Below, in pieces: positions 18,855-28,271 of a stretch of DNA of 64,000 nucleotides (position 1 is the first letter of the stretch; each line of letters opens with the position of its first letter). Below the pieces are notes generated by a model. That model made no database searches. It was not told where the DNA came from and was given only the letters and a program-made list of their open reading frames with translations. The position numbers were made by a program, and so were the translations under genes. The DNA comes from an uncultured Pelagibacteraceae bacterium (GTDB lineage: Bacteria; Pseudomonadota; Alphaproteobacteria; Pelagibacterales; Pelagibacteraceae). The stretch spans positions 105,545 to 169,544 of the forward strand of contig CACKAJ010000002.1 in NCBI GenBank assembly GCA_902598125.1, in the 5' to 3' direction.

Positions 18855-19253
18855 TTATTTTTTTTCCTTCTTGACAACATTCAAACCACTTTTTTTTAAA
18901 GCGTCAAATCCACCTTTAACGTGCGCAACATTTTTAAATCCCATTTCAACTAAAGATTTTGTAGCCAATGCAGATCTCCATCCTAGAGCACAATACAATA
19001 CCATTTTTTTAATATTTCTGATTTTATTCTCTTTAAAATAAGAACTTTCAGGATCTAACCAAAACTCTAACATTCCTCTTGGAATATGTTTTGAATTTTC
19101 AATAGTTCCCTCTTTCCATAATTCCCTTATATCCCTAACATCGATTAAAGTAATTTCTCCTTTATCAACTAAATCTTTAACTTCAGCAGGGTTTAAAGTT
19201 TCAATTTTTTTATGTGCTTCTTCAACTAATGTTTGTGATGATTTAATACTCAT
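18855..19253 (-). CDS. Rhodanese-like sulfurtransferase
   Basis: IDVRDIRE, PRGMLEFW, YCALGWRSAL. Confidence 0.9.
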   Translation of the reverse strand: MSIKSSQTLVEEAHKKIETLNPAEVKDLVDKGEITLIDVRDIRELWKEGTIENSKHIPRGMLEFWLDPESSYFKENKIRNIKKMVLYCALGWRSALATKSLVEMGFKNVAHVKGGFDALKKSGLNVVKKEKK

Positions 19254-19291
19254 AGATGTAATTAATAAACTAATATATATATTTTACCATA

Positions 19292-20314
19292 ATGAAAAAT
19301 ATTAAGGGATCAAATAAATCAAGTTTTTTTAAAAAAATTTTTATTAAAATCTGTAGAAAACTTGGATATGAAATTATAGATCAAAATAATTTTAAGATTG
19401 TCACCTCTGATAAAAAAATTAATGATGATTTAAGCATACTCGGAAAAAAATCAATTAACTTACCCTTAGGAGAGGTAAAGATTACTCGTAAAGTTGAGAC
19501 GTTAGATGTAATTATAAGAACTTGCACAAAAGTAAATATGTTGACTCAAAATAAAGCAAGGTTGTTTGATAAAGAAAAAATTGAATATACTCTTCGAACA
19601 ATTAAATCATTATTGTATTCAGCAAGAGATCCTAAATTAGAAAATTTAAAAATTAATTTTATAGTTATTGATCACAATTCAACAAATGAAAACCTTAAAG
19701 TTATCGACAATACTTTTAAAGCATTTGGTAAAAAATACCTGTTAATTAATTTAGATGTTTCAAAATATTCTCAAAAAATAGAAAAGTTAAATCAAAGAGG
19801 AGAACAAGTTACTGATAATCAAAAGTCTAACATGGCTAATATTCATCAGTCATTATTAGAAGCAAAAAAATGTAATGATTTAATTTATTTTGTTGAAGAT
19901 GATTATATTCATAAAAGAGACTCTCTTAAAGAAATGATATTCGCATATGAAAGAATTTCCTCACAACTAGAAAAAGATATTATAATCTGTCCTACAGATT
20001 ACCCATATTTATACGCTAAATCCGAATTAACTCAAAACTTTTTAGGACAAAGATATCATTGGAGAAAAGTAAATGAAACTCTATGTACTTTTTTAACTAG
20101 TAAAAAAATTATTGAGAAATACTGGGAAAAATATGTAAGCATGTGTGAGAAGGAACATGCGCCTTTCGAAAAGCCTCTGCATGATATATATGAAAAAGAG
20201 TTATGCATATCGCCTATTCCTTCATTAGCTTTACATTTCACAAACATTAATTCAATTTTTGGATTGTCCCCTAATGTAGATTGGAAAAAAATGTGGGAAG
20301 AAAATGAAAATTAA
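19292..20314 (+). CDS. Glycosyltransferase family 2-like protein
   Basis: VIDHNS, YFVEDDYIH DxD-like motif. Confidence 0.65.
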   Translation: MKNIKGSNKSSFFKKIFIKICRKLGYEIIDQNNFKIVTSDKKINDDLSILGKKSINLPLGEVKITRKVETLDVIIRTCTKVNMLTQNKARLFDKEKIEYTLRTIKSLLYSARDPKLENLKINFIVIDHNSTNENLKVIDNTFKAFGKKYLLINLDVSKYSQKIEKLNQRGEQVTDNQKSNMANIHQSLLEAKKCNDLIYFVEDDYIHKRDSLKEMIFAYERISSQLEKDIIICPTDYPYLYAKSELTQNFLGQRYHWRKVNETLCTFLTSKKIIEKYWEKYVSMCEKEHAPFEKPLHDIYEKELCISPIPSLALHFTNINSIFGLSPNVDWKKMWEENEN

Positions 20315-20765
20315 GGAAAATAAAAAAGCCCCATCGTTACAACTTTCCGGAACCAAAAATACAAAATTTGATTTAAAAAAAATAAAGGGAAAATTAATAA
20401 TCTACTTTTATCCTAAAGATGATACCCCAGGATGTACTCTTGAAACCAAAGATTTTAGTAAATTGTATAAAAAGTTTAAAAAAATTAAATGTGAAGTGAT
20501 TGGAATTTCAAAAGATTCAATTGAAAGTCATAAAAAATTTAAAAAGAAATATCAAATTCCTTTTGAACTACTTTCTGATCCTAATGTAAAATCACAAAAA
20601 AAATATGGTGTTTGGGGGATGAAGTCTTTTATGGGTAAAAAATTTCTAGGTACGATCAGATCAACTATATATATTGAAAAAGGTGTTGTTAAAAAAATTT
20701 GGTCAAATGTAAGAGTAAAAGGGCACGCAAAAAAAGTATTTGATTTTGTTAATTCTTATAAATAA
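20304..20765 (+). CDS. bcp: Peroxiredoxin Bcp/PrxQ
   Basis: YFYPKDDTPGCTLE, GISKDS, LLSD, RST. Confidence 0.92.
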   Translation: MKIKENKKAPSLQLSGTKNTKFDLKKIKGKLIIYFYPKDDTPGCTLETKDFSKLYKKFKKIKCEVIGISKDSIESHKKFKKKYQIPFELLSDPNVKSQKKYGVWGMKSFMGKKFLGTIRSTIYIEKGVVKKIWSNVRVKGHAKKVFDFVNSYK

Positions 20766-20791
20766 AAAGGCCCAAATAATTGGGCCTTTTT
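20764..20791. terminator. Bidirectional intrinsic terminator (bcp / amt)
   Basis: aaaaggcccaa-ataa-ttgggcctttt between convergent genes. Confidence 0.8.
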
Positions 20792-20803
20792 ATAAAATTA
20801 AAA

Positions 20804-22093
20804 TTAGTCTCTAATTGAGTAAGCTGAAACTCCTACTTCAGCTTTATCTGTTCCTAATTTTTCAGCAGCTTTACTAATTCTTAAACCAATTGTTGATTTA
20901 AGAGCAGTAAATGTAGCCCAAGATAAAACAAAGCTAAAGATACACACTGCGGCAGTTCCAATAAATTGAGTGCCAAAAGATGTATCAGGATTTGTTAATG
21001 GAACTACCAATGTTCCAAAAATTCCAGCAAACATGTGTACTGGGATTGCTCCTACTACATCATCTAAACCATAACTCTCTAACATTTTTGTACCAAAATA
21101 CATTATAATTGCTCCAACGGATCCTATAATCATTGCAGTGATTGGTCCTGGTGTTAAAGGTTCTGCAGTGATAGCAACAAGACCTGCTAATGCTCCATTT
21201 AACATCATTACAATATCTGTTTTACCACCAATTAATCTTGTGATCGCTGCACCAGTGAATGTCCCTGCTGCACCAGCTAAATGAGTATTAACTGCAATTT
21301 TTGAAATTGCATTAACGTCATCAAATGTTCCCATGGCTAATTGACTAAAACCATTAAATCCAAACCAACCAAACCAAAGTAAAAATGTTCCGAGTGTAAC
21401 TAATGGAATACTTGAAGCTGCGAATGGTTGCATAGATTTCTTCTCTCCTCTTCTTCCAAATCTTCCTTCTCGAGCACCTAAAACTATCACTCCGGCAAGT
21501 GCTGCTGCTCCACCACATCCATGAACTAATGTTGATCCAGCAAAATCTGAGAACCCGCCGCTAGCTAACCAGCCTCCTCCCCATTGCCAACCCATAGAAA
21601 TTGGATAAATTATTCCTGCCATGATTGCTGCAAAAATGAAGAATGGCCAGATTTTAATTCTCTCTGCTACTGCTCCAGAAACTATTGAAGCTGTTGCACA
21701 AACAAACATCGTTTGAAAGAACCAGTCTGAATATCCTGAATAACCTGTTCCAGCATCAGAGCTATCAGTCCAAATTGAAAATGAACCAACGTAACCGCCT
21801 TCTGGCACGCCATAAGCCAAATTATAACCTACTAAGAAAAATACGAGTGAACATATAGCAAATTTACCTATATTTTTCGCTGCAATTGTCGATACACTCT
21901 TTGTAGTCACTAAACCACTCTCAAGCATGCAAAAACCTGCGGCCATGAAAGCTACTAGGACTCCACCTAAATAAAATCCCAATGAATTAAAAATATATTG
22001 TCCCTCTTGAGACATTGTAGTCTCTGCATAGCTTTGAGAGCTGATCATTAAAGCAGAAATACAACCTAATAAAATGAAAGTTATTTTTTTCAT
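20804..22093 (-). CDS. amt: Ammonium transporter (second paralog)
   Basis: DFAGSTLVH, GWFGFNG, NGALAGLVAIT, DDVVGAIPVH; ATG 22093 follows a GGGGG SD. Confidence 0.95.
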   Translation of the reverse strand: MKKITFILLGCISALMISSQSYAETTMSQEGQYIFNSLGFYLGGVLVAFMAAGFCMLESGLVTTKSVSTIAAKNIGKFAICSLVFFLVGYNLAYGVPEGGYVGSFSIWTDSSDAGTGYSGYSDWFFQTMFVCATASIVSGAVAERIKIWPFFIFAAIMAGIIYPISMGWQWGGGWLASGGFSDFAGSTLVHGCGGAAALAGVIVLGAREGRFGRRGEKKSMQPFAASSIPLVTLGTFLLWFGWFGFNGFSQLAMGTFDDVNAISKIAVNTHLAGAAGTFTGAAITRLIGGKTDIVMMLNGALAGLVAITAEPLTPGPITAMIIGSVGAIIMYFGTKMLESYGLDDVVGAIPVHMFAGIFGTLVVPLTNPDTSFGTQFIGTAAVCIFSFVLSWATFTALKSTIGLRISKAAEKLGTDKAEVGVSAYSIRD

Positions 22094-22169
22094 GTTTCCC
22101 CCTTTTTTTTGAAGACTTGATATCAAATTTCAGGGTTTTGAAGCATGAATTTAATGCATACGAGACTTG

Positions 22170-22247
22170 TAAAATAAATAAGGCCTGAACGGGGGAACCG
22201 AAACAGGCCTTATATTTTTTCCCAACTAACGAGGGAGGGAATTTTAT
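22170..22247 (-). ncRNA. amt 3'UTR two-hairpin element and terminator with anti-SD loops (AbcR-like candidate)
   Basis: Stem UUCCC/GGGAA; stem AUAAGGCCUG/CAGGCCUUAU with a GUUCCCCC loop and a U-rich tail. Terminator role likely; sRNA role is inference. Confidence 0.45.
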
Positions 22248-23540
22248 TTAGTCTCTTATACCGTAAGCTATTACACCAACTTCTGCTTTGTCAGTTCCTA
22301 GTCTTTCAGCTTCTTTGCTTATTCTTAATCCAATTGTATTTTTAATAATTTGGAAAACAATAAACGAGACTATGAATACGAATACCACAACTGAGATTGT
22401 TCCTAGGAATTGTGCTCCGAAAGTAACATCACCGTTTGTTAATGGCACTGCTAATGTACCCCATATTCCAGCTACTAGGTGTGCTGGTATGGCACCTACT
22501 ACGTCGTCAATTTTCATTTTGAACAATAGTTTAGTTGAGAAGTACATTAATACTCCAGCTATCGCACCTATGAAGATTGCAGCTAACGGACTTGGTGTAA
22601 GTGGCTCTGCTGTAATACCTACTAATCCAGCTATTGCACCGTTTAGCATCATTACTACGTCAGTTTTACCACCAATTACTCTTGATACAGTTGCAGCAGC
22701 TAATACACCGCCACCTGCAGCTAAGTTCGTATTGATATAAATTGTTGCAACTGAAGACACGTCCTCTAGTGTTCCAGCGGCTAATTGAGATCCACCATTA
22801 AATCCAAACCAACCTAACCAAAGTATAAATACTCCTAATGTTGCTAATGGAATTGATGATGCCGCAAAAGGCGCCATGGGCTTAGCTTCTCCTCTACTAG
22901 AAAATCTGCCTGATCTAGCACCAAGAACAATAGCTCCGGCTAAAGCAGCAGCTCCACCAGCAGCATGAACTAGTGTAGAACCAGCGAAATCAGAGAATCC
23001 AGCAACAGATAACCATCCGCCACCCCACTGCCAACCCATTGAAATTGGATAGATAATTCCAGTTAAAATTGCGGCAAATAAGAAAAACGGCCAAATCTTA
23101 ATTCTTTCAGCTAATGTACCAGATACGATTGACATTGTAGTGGCACAGAACACCATTTGGAAAAACCAATCAGATCCATCTGAATAACCTGTCTCAAGTT
23201 TTGATGCATCACTCCACGGTGTAAATGTACCTATGTATCCACCTTCTGGAATACCGTAAGCTAAATTATAACCAACCAGCCAGAACATTACTCCAGCGAT
23301 TGAATAAAGACCTATATTTTTTGCACAGATTGCCGATACAGACTTCGATGTTACTAGACCTGACTCTAACATTGCAAAACCTGCGGCCATCCACATGACC
23401 AAGAAACCTGACATCAAAAATAATATAGTATTAAATATGTATTGTACTTCTGCAGATACTGTAGTCTCGGCATAACCTAAACCAGCAAAACCAAAGTAAA
23501 TTGCTGTACCTGCTAAAAAGTAACCAATGTATTTTTTCAT
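22248..23540 (-). CDS. amt: Ammonium transporter (first paralog)
   Basis: DFAGSTLVH, GWFGFNGGS, DDVVGAIPAH. Confidence 0.96.
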   Translation of the reverse strand: MKKYIGYFLAGTAIYFGFAGLGYAETTVSAEVQYIFNTILFLMSGFLVMWMAAGFAMLESGLVTSKSVSAICAKNIGLYSIAGVMFWLVGYNLAYGIPEGGYIGTFTPWSDASKLETGYSDGSDWFFQMVFCATTMSIVSGTLAERIKIWPFFLFAAILTGIIYPISMGWQWGGGWLSVAGFSDFAGSTLVHAAGGAAALAGAIVLGARSGRFSSRGEAKPMAPFAASSIPLATLGVFILWLGWFGFNGGSQLAAGTLEDVSSVATIYINTNLAAGGGVLAAATVSRVIGGKTDVVMMLNGAIAGLVGITAEPLTPSPLAAIFIGAIAGVLMYFSTKLLFKMKIDDVVGAIPAHLVAGIWGTLAVPLTNGDVTFGAQFLGTISVVVFVFIVSFIVFQIIKNTIGLRISKEAERLGTDKAEVGVIAYGIRD

Positions 23541-23631
23541 AAGTTCTCCCTTGTTGTAGGCCTTATAGAATTTATGAATTTAAATGAGTATTGATTTGTC
23601 TTAATTTTAGCTATGCATTTTTTGCAAGTAG

Positions 23632-23666
23632 TTAGCCCTTATTTAAGATTATTAAATAAGGGCTAA
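23632..23666 (-). terminator. Hairpin terminator after hup
   Basis: 15-bp inverted repeat ttagcccttatttaa-gatta-ttaaataagggctaa; weak U tail. Confidence 0.65.
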
Positions 23667-23674
23667 TTAAACGT

Positions 23675-23950
23675 TTATCGATTAAACATTTCTTTTAAGC
23701 TTTTAGCAGGTAAAAACTTTACTTTTTGTGACGCAGCGATTTGAATTGACTCACCTGTTCTAGGATTTCTTCCTACTCTAGCTTTTCTCTTTGCTACTTT
23801 ATAAGTACCAAAACCAGCTATCTTTACAGTATCGTCATTTTTCAAAGCATCCAAAATAATTGTCGTTATTGAATCAAAAGTTCTTTCAGCATCGGCTTTA
23901 CTTTGACCCAAAGTTGACGATATTTTCGCTACTAGTTGTTTTTTATTCAT
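23675..23950 (-). CDS. hup: DNA-binding protein HU
   Basis: MNKKQLV, GFGTY, RVGRNPRTGE, KFLPAKSLK. Confidence 0.95.
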   Translation of the reverse strand: MNKKQLVAKISSTLGQSKADAERTFDSITTIILDALKNDDTVKIAGFGTYKVAKRKARVGRNPRTGESIQIAASQKVKFLPAKSLKEMFNR

Positions 23951-24037
23951 TTTTTGCCCCTTTATATTTGGTTAATTTCTAATCTGCAGAAAAACCCCTT
24001 AAAATCAATGTTTTTTTGGTGTTTCACGTAAATGTTA

Positions 24038-24053
24038 ACACTATATATTGTAC
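24038..24053. promoter_or_regulatory. NrdR-box-like site upstream of hup
   Basis: ACACTATATATTGTAC against the consensus acaCwAtATaTwGtgt. Confidence 0.4.
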
Positions 24054-24100
24054 CTCAAAAAGTGTTGATTTTATTGACTTTTTTCAATAAGAAAAGTGGC

Positions 24101-25219
24101 TTAAAACAAGCCTAAATCTTTAAGATCGTTAAATGTAGTAAAAAACATTAAAGAAAGTAGCAAAAATAACCCGATTCGGAAAAAACCCTCCTGTGTTCTT
24201 TGAGTTAAAGGACGACCTAAAACCTTCTCAAAAGCGTAAAACATTAAATGTCCACCGTCTAACATTGGTATTGGTAAAAGATTTATGAACCCTAAGCTTA
24301 TAGAAATATATGCCATAATACTAAGAAAAGCGACAATTCCAAACTTAGCAACCTGACCTGTAATTTTAGCTATTTTAATAGGACCTCCTAATTGAGAGGT
24401 ATCTCCTGTACCCTTAAACATAGAAATTACAAAATCCCATGAAGCCTCTATAACAAACCAGGTTTCTTTTACAGCATAATATAGAGCTGTAGCAGGGCCC
24501 AATTTCTGCCTATTTATCTCTTCATTCAAAGGTGCAACTTTTATTCCAATAATCTTCTTATTAATTTGATTTCCAAGCGAGTCCTCTCCCTCAATAAATT
24601 TTGGCTTAACTTTTAAAGTTATTTCATTTCCGTTTCTTAAAACCTTTATATCAATAGTTTCTGAGGATGAAGCATTTATGAAAGTAGAAACCTCCATAAT
24701 ACTTTTAACTTCTCTTTGATTTATTGATTGGATTACATCACCTGATTTAATGCCCGCAACATAAGCAGGGCTTTCAGACTGAACTTCTTGGATTTGTGCA
24801 GGCGTAAAATCTTTACCTGCAAACATATAAATAAAAGCAAAAATCACTATAGAAAGTAAAAAATTAGCAAAAGGTCCTGCAGCTACAATTAGGGACCTTT
24901 GATAGAGTGGTTTTACAACAAATAGTTTTTTTCTATCTTCCTCATTATACTCTTTTAAAAGTTCCTCTTGCTCTGCCTGGCTAAAGACATTTCTATCTCC
25001 AAAAAATTTAACATATCCTCCTAAAGGTATTGCGCAAAATTTCCATCTTGTGCCTGATTTATCATTAAAACCAAATATTTCTTTACCAAAACCAATGGAA
25101 AAATCAGTAACTCCAACACCATATTTTTTTGCAAAATAATAGTGTCCATATTCATGAATAAAAACTACGATAGTTAATAAAATTATGAATGGGATTATAA
25201 AAGAAATTAAAATTTCCAT
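24101..25219 (-). CDS. rseP: RIP metalloprotease RseP
   Basis: HEYGH, FSIGFG, PLGGYV, PDZ region, NLLPIPMLDGG. Confidence 0.95.
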   Translation of the reverse strand: MEILISFIIPFIILLTIVVFIHEYGHYYFAKKYGVGVTDFSIGFGKEIFGFNDKSGTRWKFCAIPLGGYVKFFGDRNVFSQAEQEELLKEYNEEDRKKLFVVKPLYQRSLIVAAGPFANFLLSIVIFAFIYMFAGKDFTPAQIQEVQSESPAYVAGIKSGDVIQSINQREVKSIMEVSTFINASSSETIDIKVLRNGNEITLKVKPKFIEGEDSLGNQINKKIIGIKVAPLNEEINRQKLGPATALYYAVKETWFVIEASWDFVISMFKGTGDTSQLGGPIKIAKITGQVAKFGIVAFLSIMAYISISLGFINLLPIPMLDGGHLMFYAFEKVLGRPLTQRTQEGFFRIGLFLLLSLMFFTTFNDLKDLGLF

Positions 25220-26097
25220 TCATTAACCTTTGTAAATATAAAATTTCTAAAAGCCATTAATCTTGCATTATTCTTTAAAGATGCAGGATAAACAAAATGT
25301 GTTTCTGTAGGTTTGCCTGTTTCCTCAGGTAAAACTTTGGTTATATTGCTTACGTTATGCGCAATGTAATCTGGTAAAGCAGCTAAACCAACTCCACTTT
25401 GTACTGCTAATAATAATCCGTAAACACTATTTACTTTCATAATCGATCTTCTTTTTTTTCCATCTTTAACACCATGTTTTAAAACCCAGTCAGGATTATA
25501 AACTGGAGATGGAGCTCCTTTTCCGTAAGTAATAAATTTATGTTTATCTAAATCTTTTAAAGTTTTTGGGTATCCATTTTTTTGCAAGTAATCATTTGAA
25601 CCGTAAATATGATAATTAAAATCAACGAACTTTTTTTGAATTAAATTTAATTGTTTTGGTCTTCTCATTCTTATCGCTACATCTGCCTCTCGTGTACTTA
25701 AATCAAGTTCTTTATCATCAAAGATTAGCTCAATTTCAATATCTGGATGTAAATCCATAAATTCTTTAATTCTAGGTGTAAGCCAAGTAGTACCAAAACT
25801 TACTACTGTGGTAACTGTAAGTTTTCCATTTAGTTTATCCTTGTGTCCGCTAAGATTAGACTCAACGTCTTTTAATTTTGAAATGATCTCATGTGCTGAT
25901 TTGTAGAGATATTCACCATTTTCAGTCAAAACCAAACCTCTTGCATGTCTTTCAAAAAGTTGAACTTTTAAATCGCTCTCTAATGCTTGAATTTGGCGGC
26001 TTATAGCTGACTGGCTTAAATTTAATATAGTAGAGGCTTTAGTAAAACTAGAGGCCTCAGCAACAGTATGAAAAATTTTTAATTTATCCCAATCCAT
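25207..26097 (-). CDS. LysR-family regulator, LsrB/VtlR-like
   Basis: MDWDKLKIFH..AEA.SFT.A...LNLSQSAISRQI N-terminus, as recalled for rhizobial LsrB/VtlR. Confidence 0.88.
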   Translation of the reverse strand: MDWDKLKIFHTVAEASSFTKASTILNLSQSAISRQIQALESDLKVQLFERHARGLVLTENGEYLYKSAHEIISKLKDVESNLSGHKDKLNGKLTVTTVVSFGTTWLTPRIKEFMDLHPDIEIELIFDDKELDLSTREADVAIRMRRPKQLNLIQKKFVDFNYHIYGSNDYLQKNGYPKTLKDLDKHKFITYGKGAPSPVYNPDWVLKHGVKDGKKRRSIMKVNSVYGLLLAVQSGVGLAALPDYIAHNVSNITKVLPEETGKPTETHFVYPASLKNNARLMAFRNFIFTKVNEWKF

Positions 26098-26116
26098 AAA
26101 TAAAGTTAATTATAAG

Positions 26117-27118
26117 TTATTTATTTGGATTTACTATAGCTCTTCCAAAAAACTCCCCTTTTAGAAGTTTTGGATAAGTTTCTAAAAGTTCAGTAAATGA
26201 AAGCTCTTTGGTGAAGGATTGAACTTTTGAAAAATCTATTAACTTAGCTGCTTCTCCCCAAACGAATTCTCTTCGTTTTATTGATGATCCTGACGAATCA
26301 ATTCCCCACAATTTAACTCCTCTTATAATAAATGGCATAACATTTGTATTAATTTTTATACCACCAGCATTTCCGCAAGCGGCCACTATTCCACCAGGTT
26401 TTGTTTGAGCAAATATTTTAGTTAAAGCAGATCCTCCAACTGTATCCACTACTCCGTCCCACACTCCTTTTTCTAGTAATTTGCTCTCACCTTCAAACTC
26501 TTTTCTACCGATAATATTTTTTGCACCTAGATCTTTTAAGTAATCGTTCTTGTCTTTTTTGCCTGTGACAGCATGAACATCGTATCCCATCTTTGATAAA
26601 ATCATTACAGCAATACTTCCAACACCTCCTGTTGCACCAGTAACTAAAACATCTTTTACTTTTTCACCTAATAATAATTCTTCTTTCGCTTTTACAGCAA
26701 ACGAACAAAGCAAAGCTGTAAAACCAGCAGTACCTAACATCATAGCTTTATGTGCATCTAATTCTTTTGGTATTTTGATTAAAAAATTTGAATCAACTTT
26801 TGCGTATTGAGAAAACCCTCCAAAATATGCTTCTCCCACTCTAAATCCTGTAAGAATTACTTTATCATCTTTCTTGAATTTAGCGTCTTCACTTTCAACA
26901 ACTGTTCCTGAGAAATCTATTCCCGGAACAAAAGGAAATTTTCTAACGATCTTTCCTCCATCATTTAAAATCAGAGCGTCTTTATAATTTAAGCTTGAAT
27001 AGTCAACTTTCACCAATACATTCCCATCTTTTAATTGGGTTTTGTCTATTTCTTTAATTTCTCTTGTGAACTTTTCGTTTTGATTATCGATAACAATAGC
27101 TTTGAATTTATCAGACAT
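26117..27118 (-). CDS. acuI: Acryloyl-CoA reductase (YhdH/AcuI, MDR family)
   Basis: SSLNYKDAL, PGIDFSG, GTAGFTA, TGATGGVGS, PFIIRGV.L.GIDS. Confidence 0.88.
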   Translation of the reverse strand: MSDKFKAIVIDNQNEKFTREIKEIDKTQLKDGNVLVKVDYSSLNYKDALILNDGGKIVRKFPFVPGIDFSGTVVESEDAKFKKDDKVILTGFRVGEAYFGGFSQYAKVDSNFLIKIPKELDAHKAMMLGTAGFTALLCSFAVKAKEELLLGEKVKDVLVTGATGGVGSIAVMILSKMGYDVHAVTGKKDKNDYLKDLGAKNIIGRKEFEGESKLLEKGVWDGVVDTVGGSALTKIFAQTKPGGIVAACGNAGGIKINTNVMPFIIRGVKLWGIDSSGSSIKRREFVWGEAAKLIDFSKVQSFTKELSFTELLETYPKLLKGEFFGRAIVNPNK

Positions 27119-27727
27119 CTATTTTCCAATATACTTTAGGTATCTATTTTGAATACTTAAATCTTCCTTAAAAGAACCTACAAAATAATTAGTAACAGTT
27201 GTTGCTTTCTCTTTTTTTATACCTCGCATAGTCATGCATTGATGTGCCGCATCAATTGTAACTGCTACACCCTTTGCATCTAAAGCGCTCATAAGCGTTT
27301 TTGCAATTTGCATTGTCAATCTCTCTTGTGTTTGCAGTCGTTTAGAAAAAATTTCAACTGTTCTAGCTAATTTGCTTAGACCCACAACTTTTTTATTTGG
27401 AATATAAGAAACATGAGCAACACCTATTATTGGGGCCATGTGATGCTCACAATGACTTTCTAAGGTTATATTTTTTTCAATTACCATATCATCGTAACCT
27501 TCAACGTCACCGAAAGTCTTAGATAAATCTTCTTCTGCATTTTGATGATAGCCTTTAAAATACTCTTTAAATGCTTTCACTACTCGCTTTGGGGTCTCTT
27601 GTAAACCTTCTCTACTTGGATCTTCGCCAATCCAAGTTAACAATTTTTTTATCGCCTCTTCAGCCTCTTTATCACTGACTTGAGGTTTATTTGATGACTC
27701 TTTATTGATGTCTTTAACTAATTTCAT
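27119..27727 (-). CDS. folE: GTP cyclohydrolase I
   Basis: REGLQETPKRV, SHCEHH, GLSKLAR, RLQTQERLT, HQCMTMRG. Confidence 0.97.
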   Translation of the reverse strand: MKLVKDINKESSNKPQVSDKEAEEAIKKLLTWIGEDPSREGLQETPKRVVKAFKEYFKGYHQNAEEDLSKTFGDVEGYDDMVIEKNITLESHCEHHMAPIIGVAHVSYIPNKKVVGLSKLARTVEIFSKRLQTQERLTMQIAKTLMSALDAKGVAVTIDAAHQCMTMRGIKKEKATTVTNYFVGSFKEDLSIQNRYLKYIGK

Positions 27728-27801
27728 ACTATGATGTTTCTATAGGACATGGTTAATTATTGCAAATTGCTATTTTGTCTTTTTTTCACTATTTTACTGT
27801 C

Positions 27802-28269
27802 ATGTTTAAAAAAAGAGAAAATGTATTTGAGGTTGAGGAAGGAAAATTTCTCTCTCCAAAATTTGATGACAATGGTCTAATTCCTGTGACCACTACAGAT
27901 AGTAGTTCTGGAGAGCTTTTGATGCACGGATACATGAATGCAGAAGCTTTAAAAAAAACTATTGAGACAAAAGAGGCTTATTATTGGAGTAGATCAAAAA
28001 AAGCTTTATGGCATAAAGGTAAAACGAGTGGATTTATTCAAAAAGTAATTGATTTAAGAATTGATGATGATCAGGATGCTTTATGGATGTCAGTAGATAT
28101 TGGAAATGGTGCGAGTTGCCATGTCGGATACAAGTCTTGTTTTTATCGATCAATACCTTTAGGGATAATTAAAAACGCTGAAGAAATTGAGCTAGATTTT
28201 AAAGAAAAGAAAAAAAAATTTGATCCTGAGGAAGTTTATAAAGGTCAACCTAATCCTACAAAATTATAG
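27802..28269 (+). CDS. hisI: Phosphoribosyl-AMP cyclohydrolase
   Basis: YWSRS..LWHKG.TSG, DDDQD, SCHVGYKSCFYR; start moved to ATG 27802. Confidence 0.93.
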   Translation: MFKKRENVFEVEEGKFLSPKFDDNGLIPVTTTDSSSGELLMHGYMNAEALKKTIETKEAYYWSRSKKALWHKGKTSGFIQKVIDLRIDDDQDALWMSVDIGNGASCHVGYKSCFYRSIPLGIIKNAEEIELDFKEKKKKFDPEEVYKGQPNPTKL

Positions 28270-28271
28270 AT

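Noticed and set aside
20804-23540. Mobile element or assembly duplication
   Set aside because: The two amt copies differ throughout at protein level, consistent with old paralogs; no transposase or terminal repeats.
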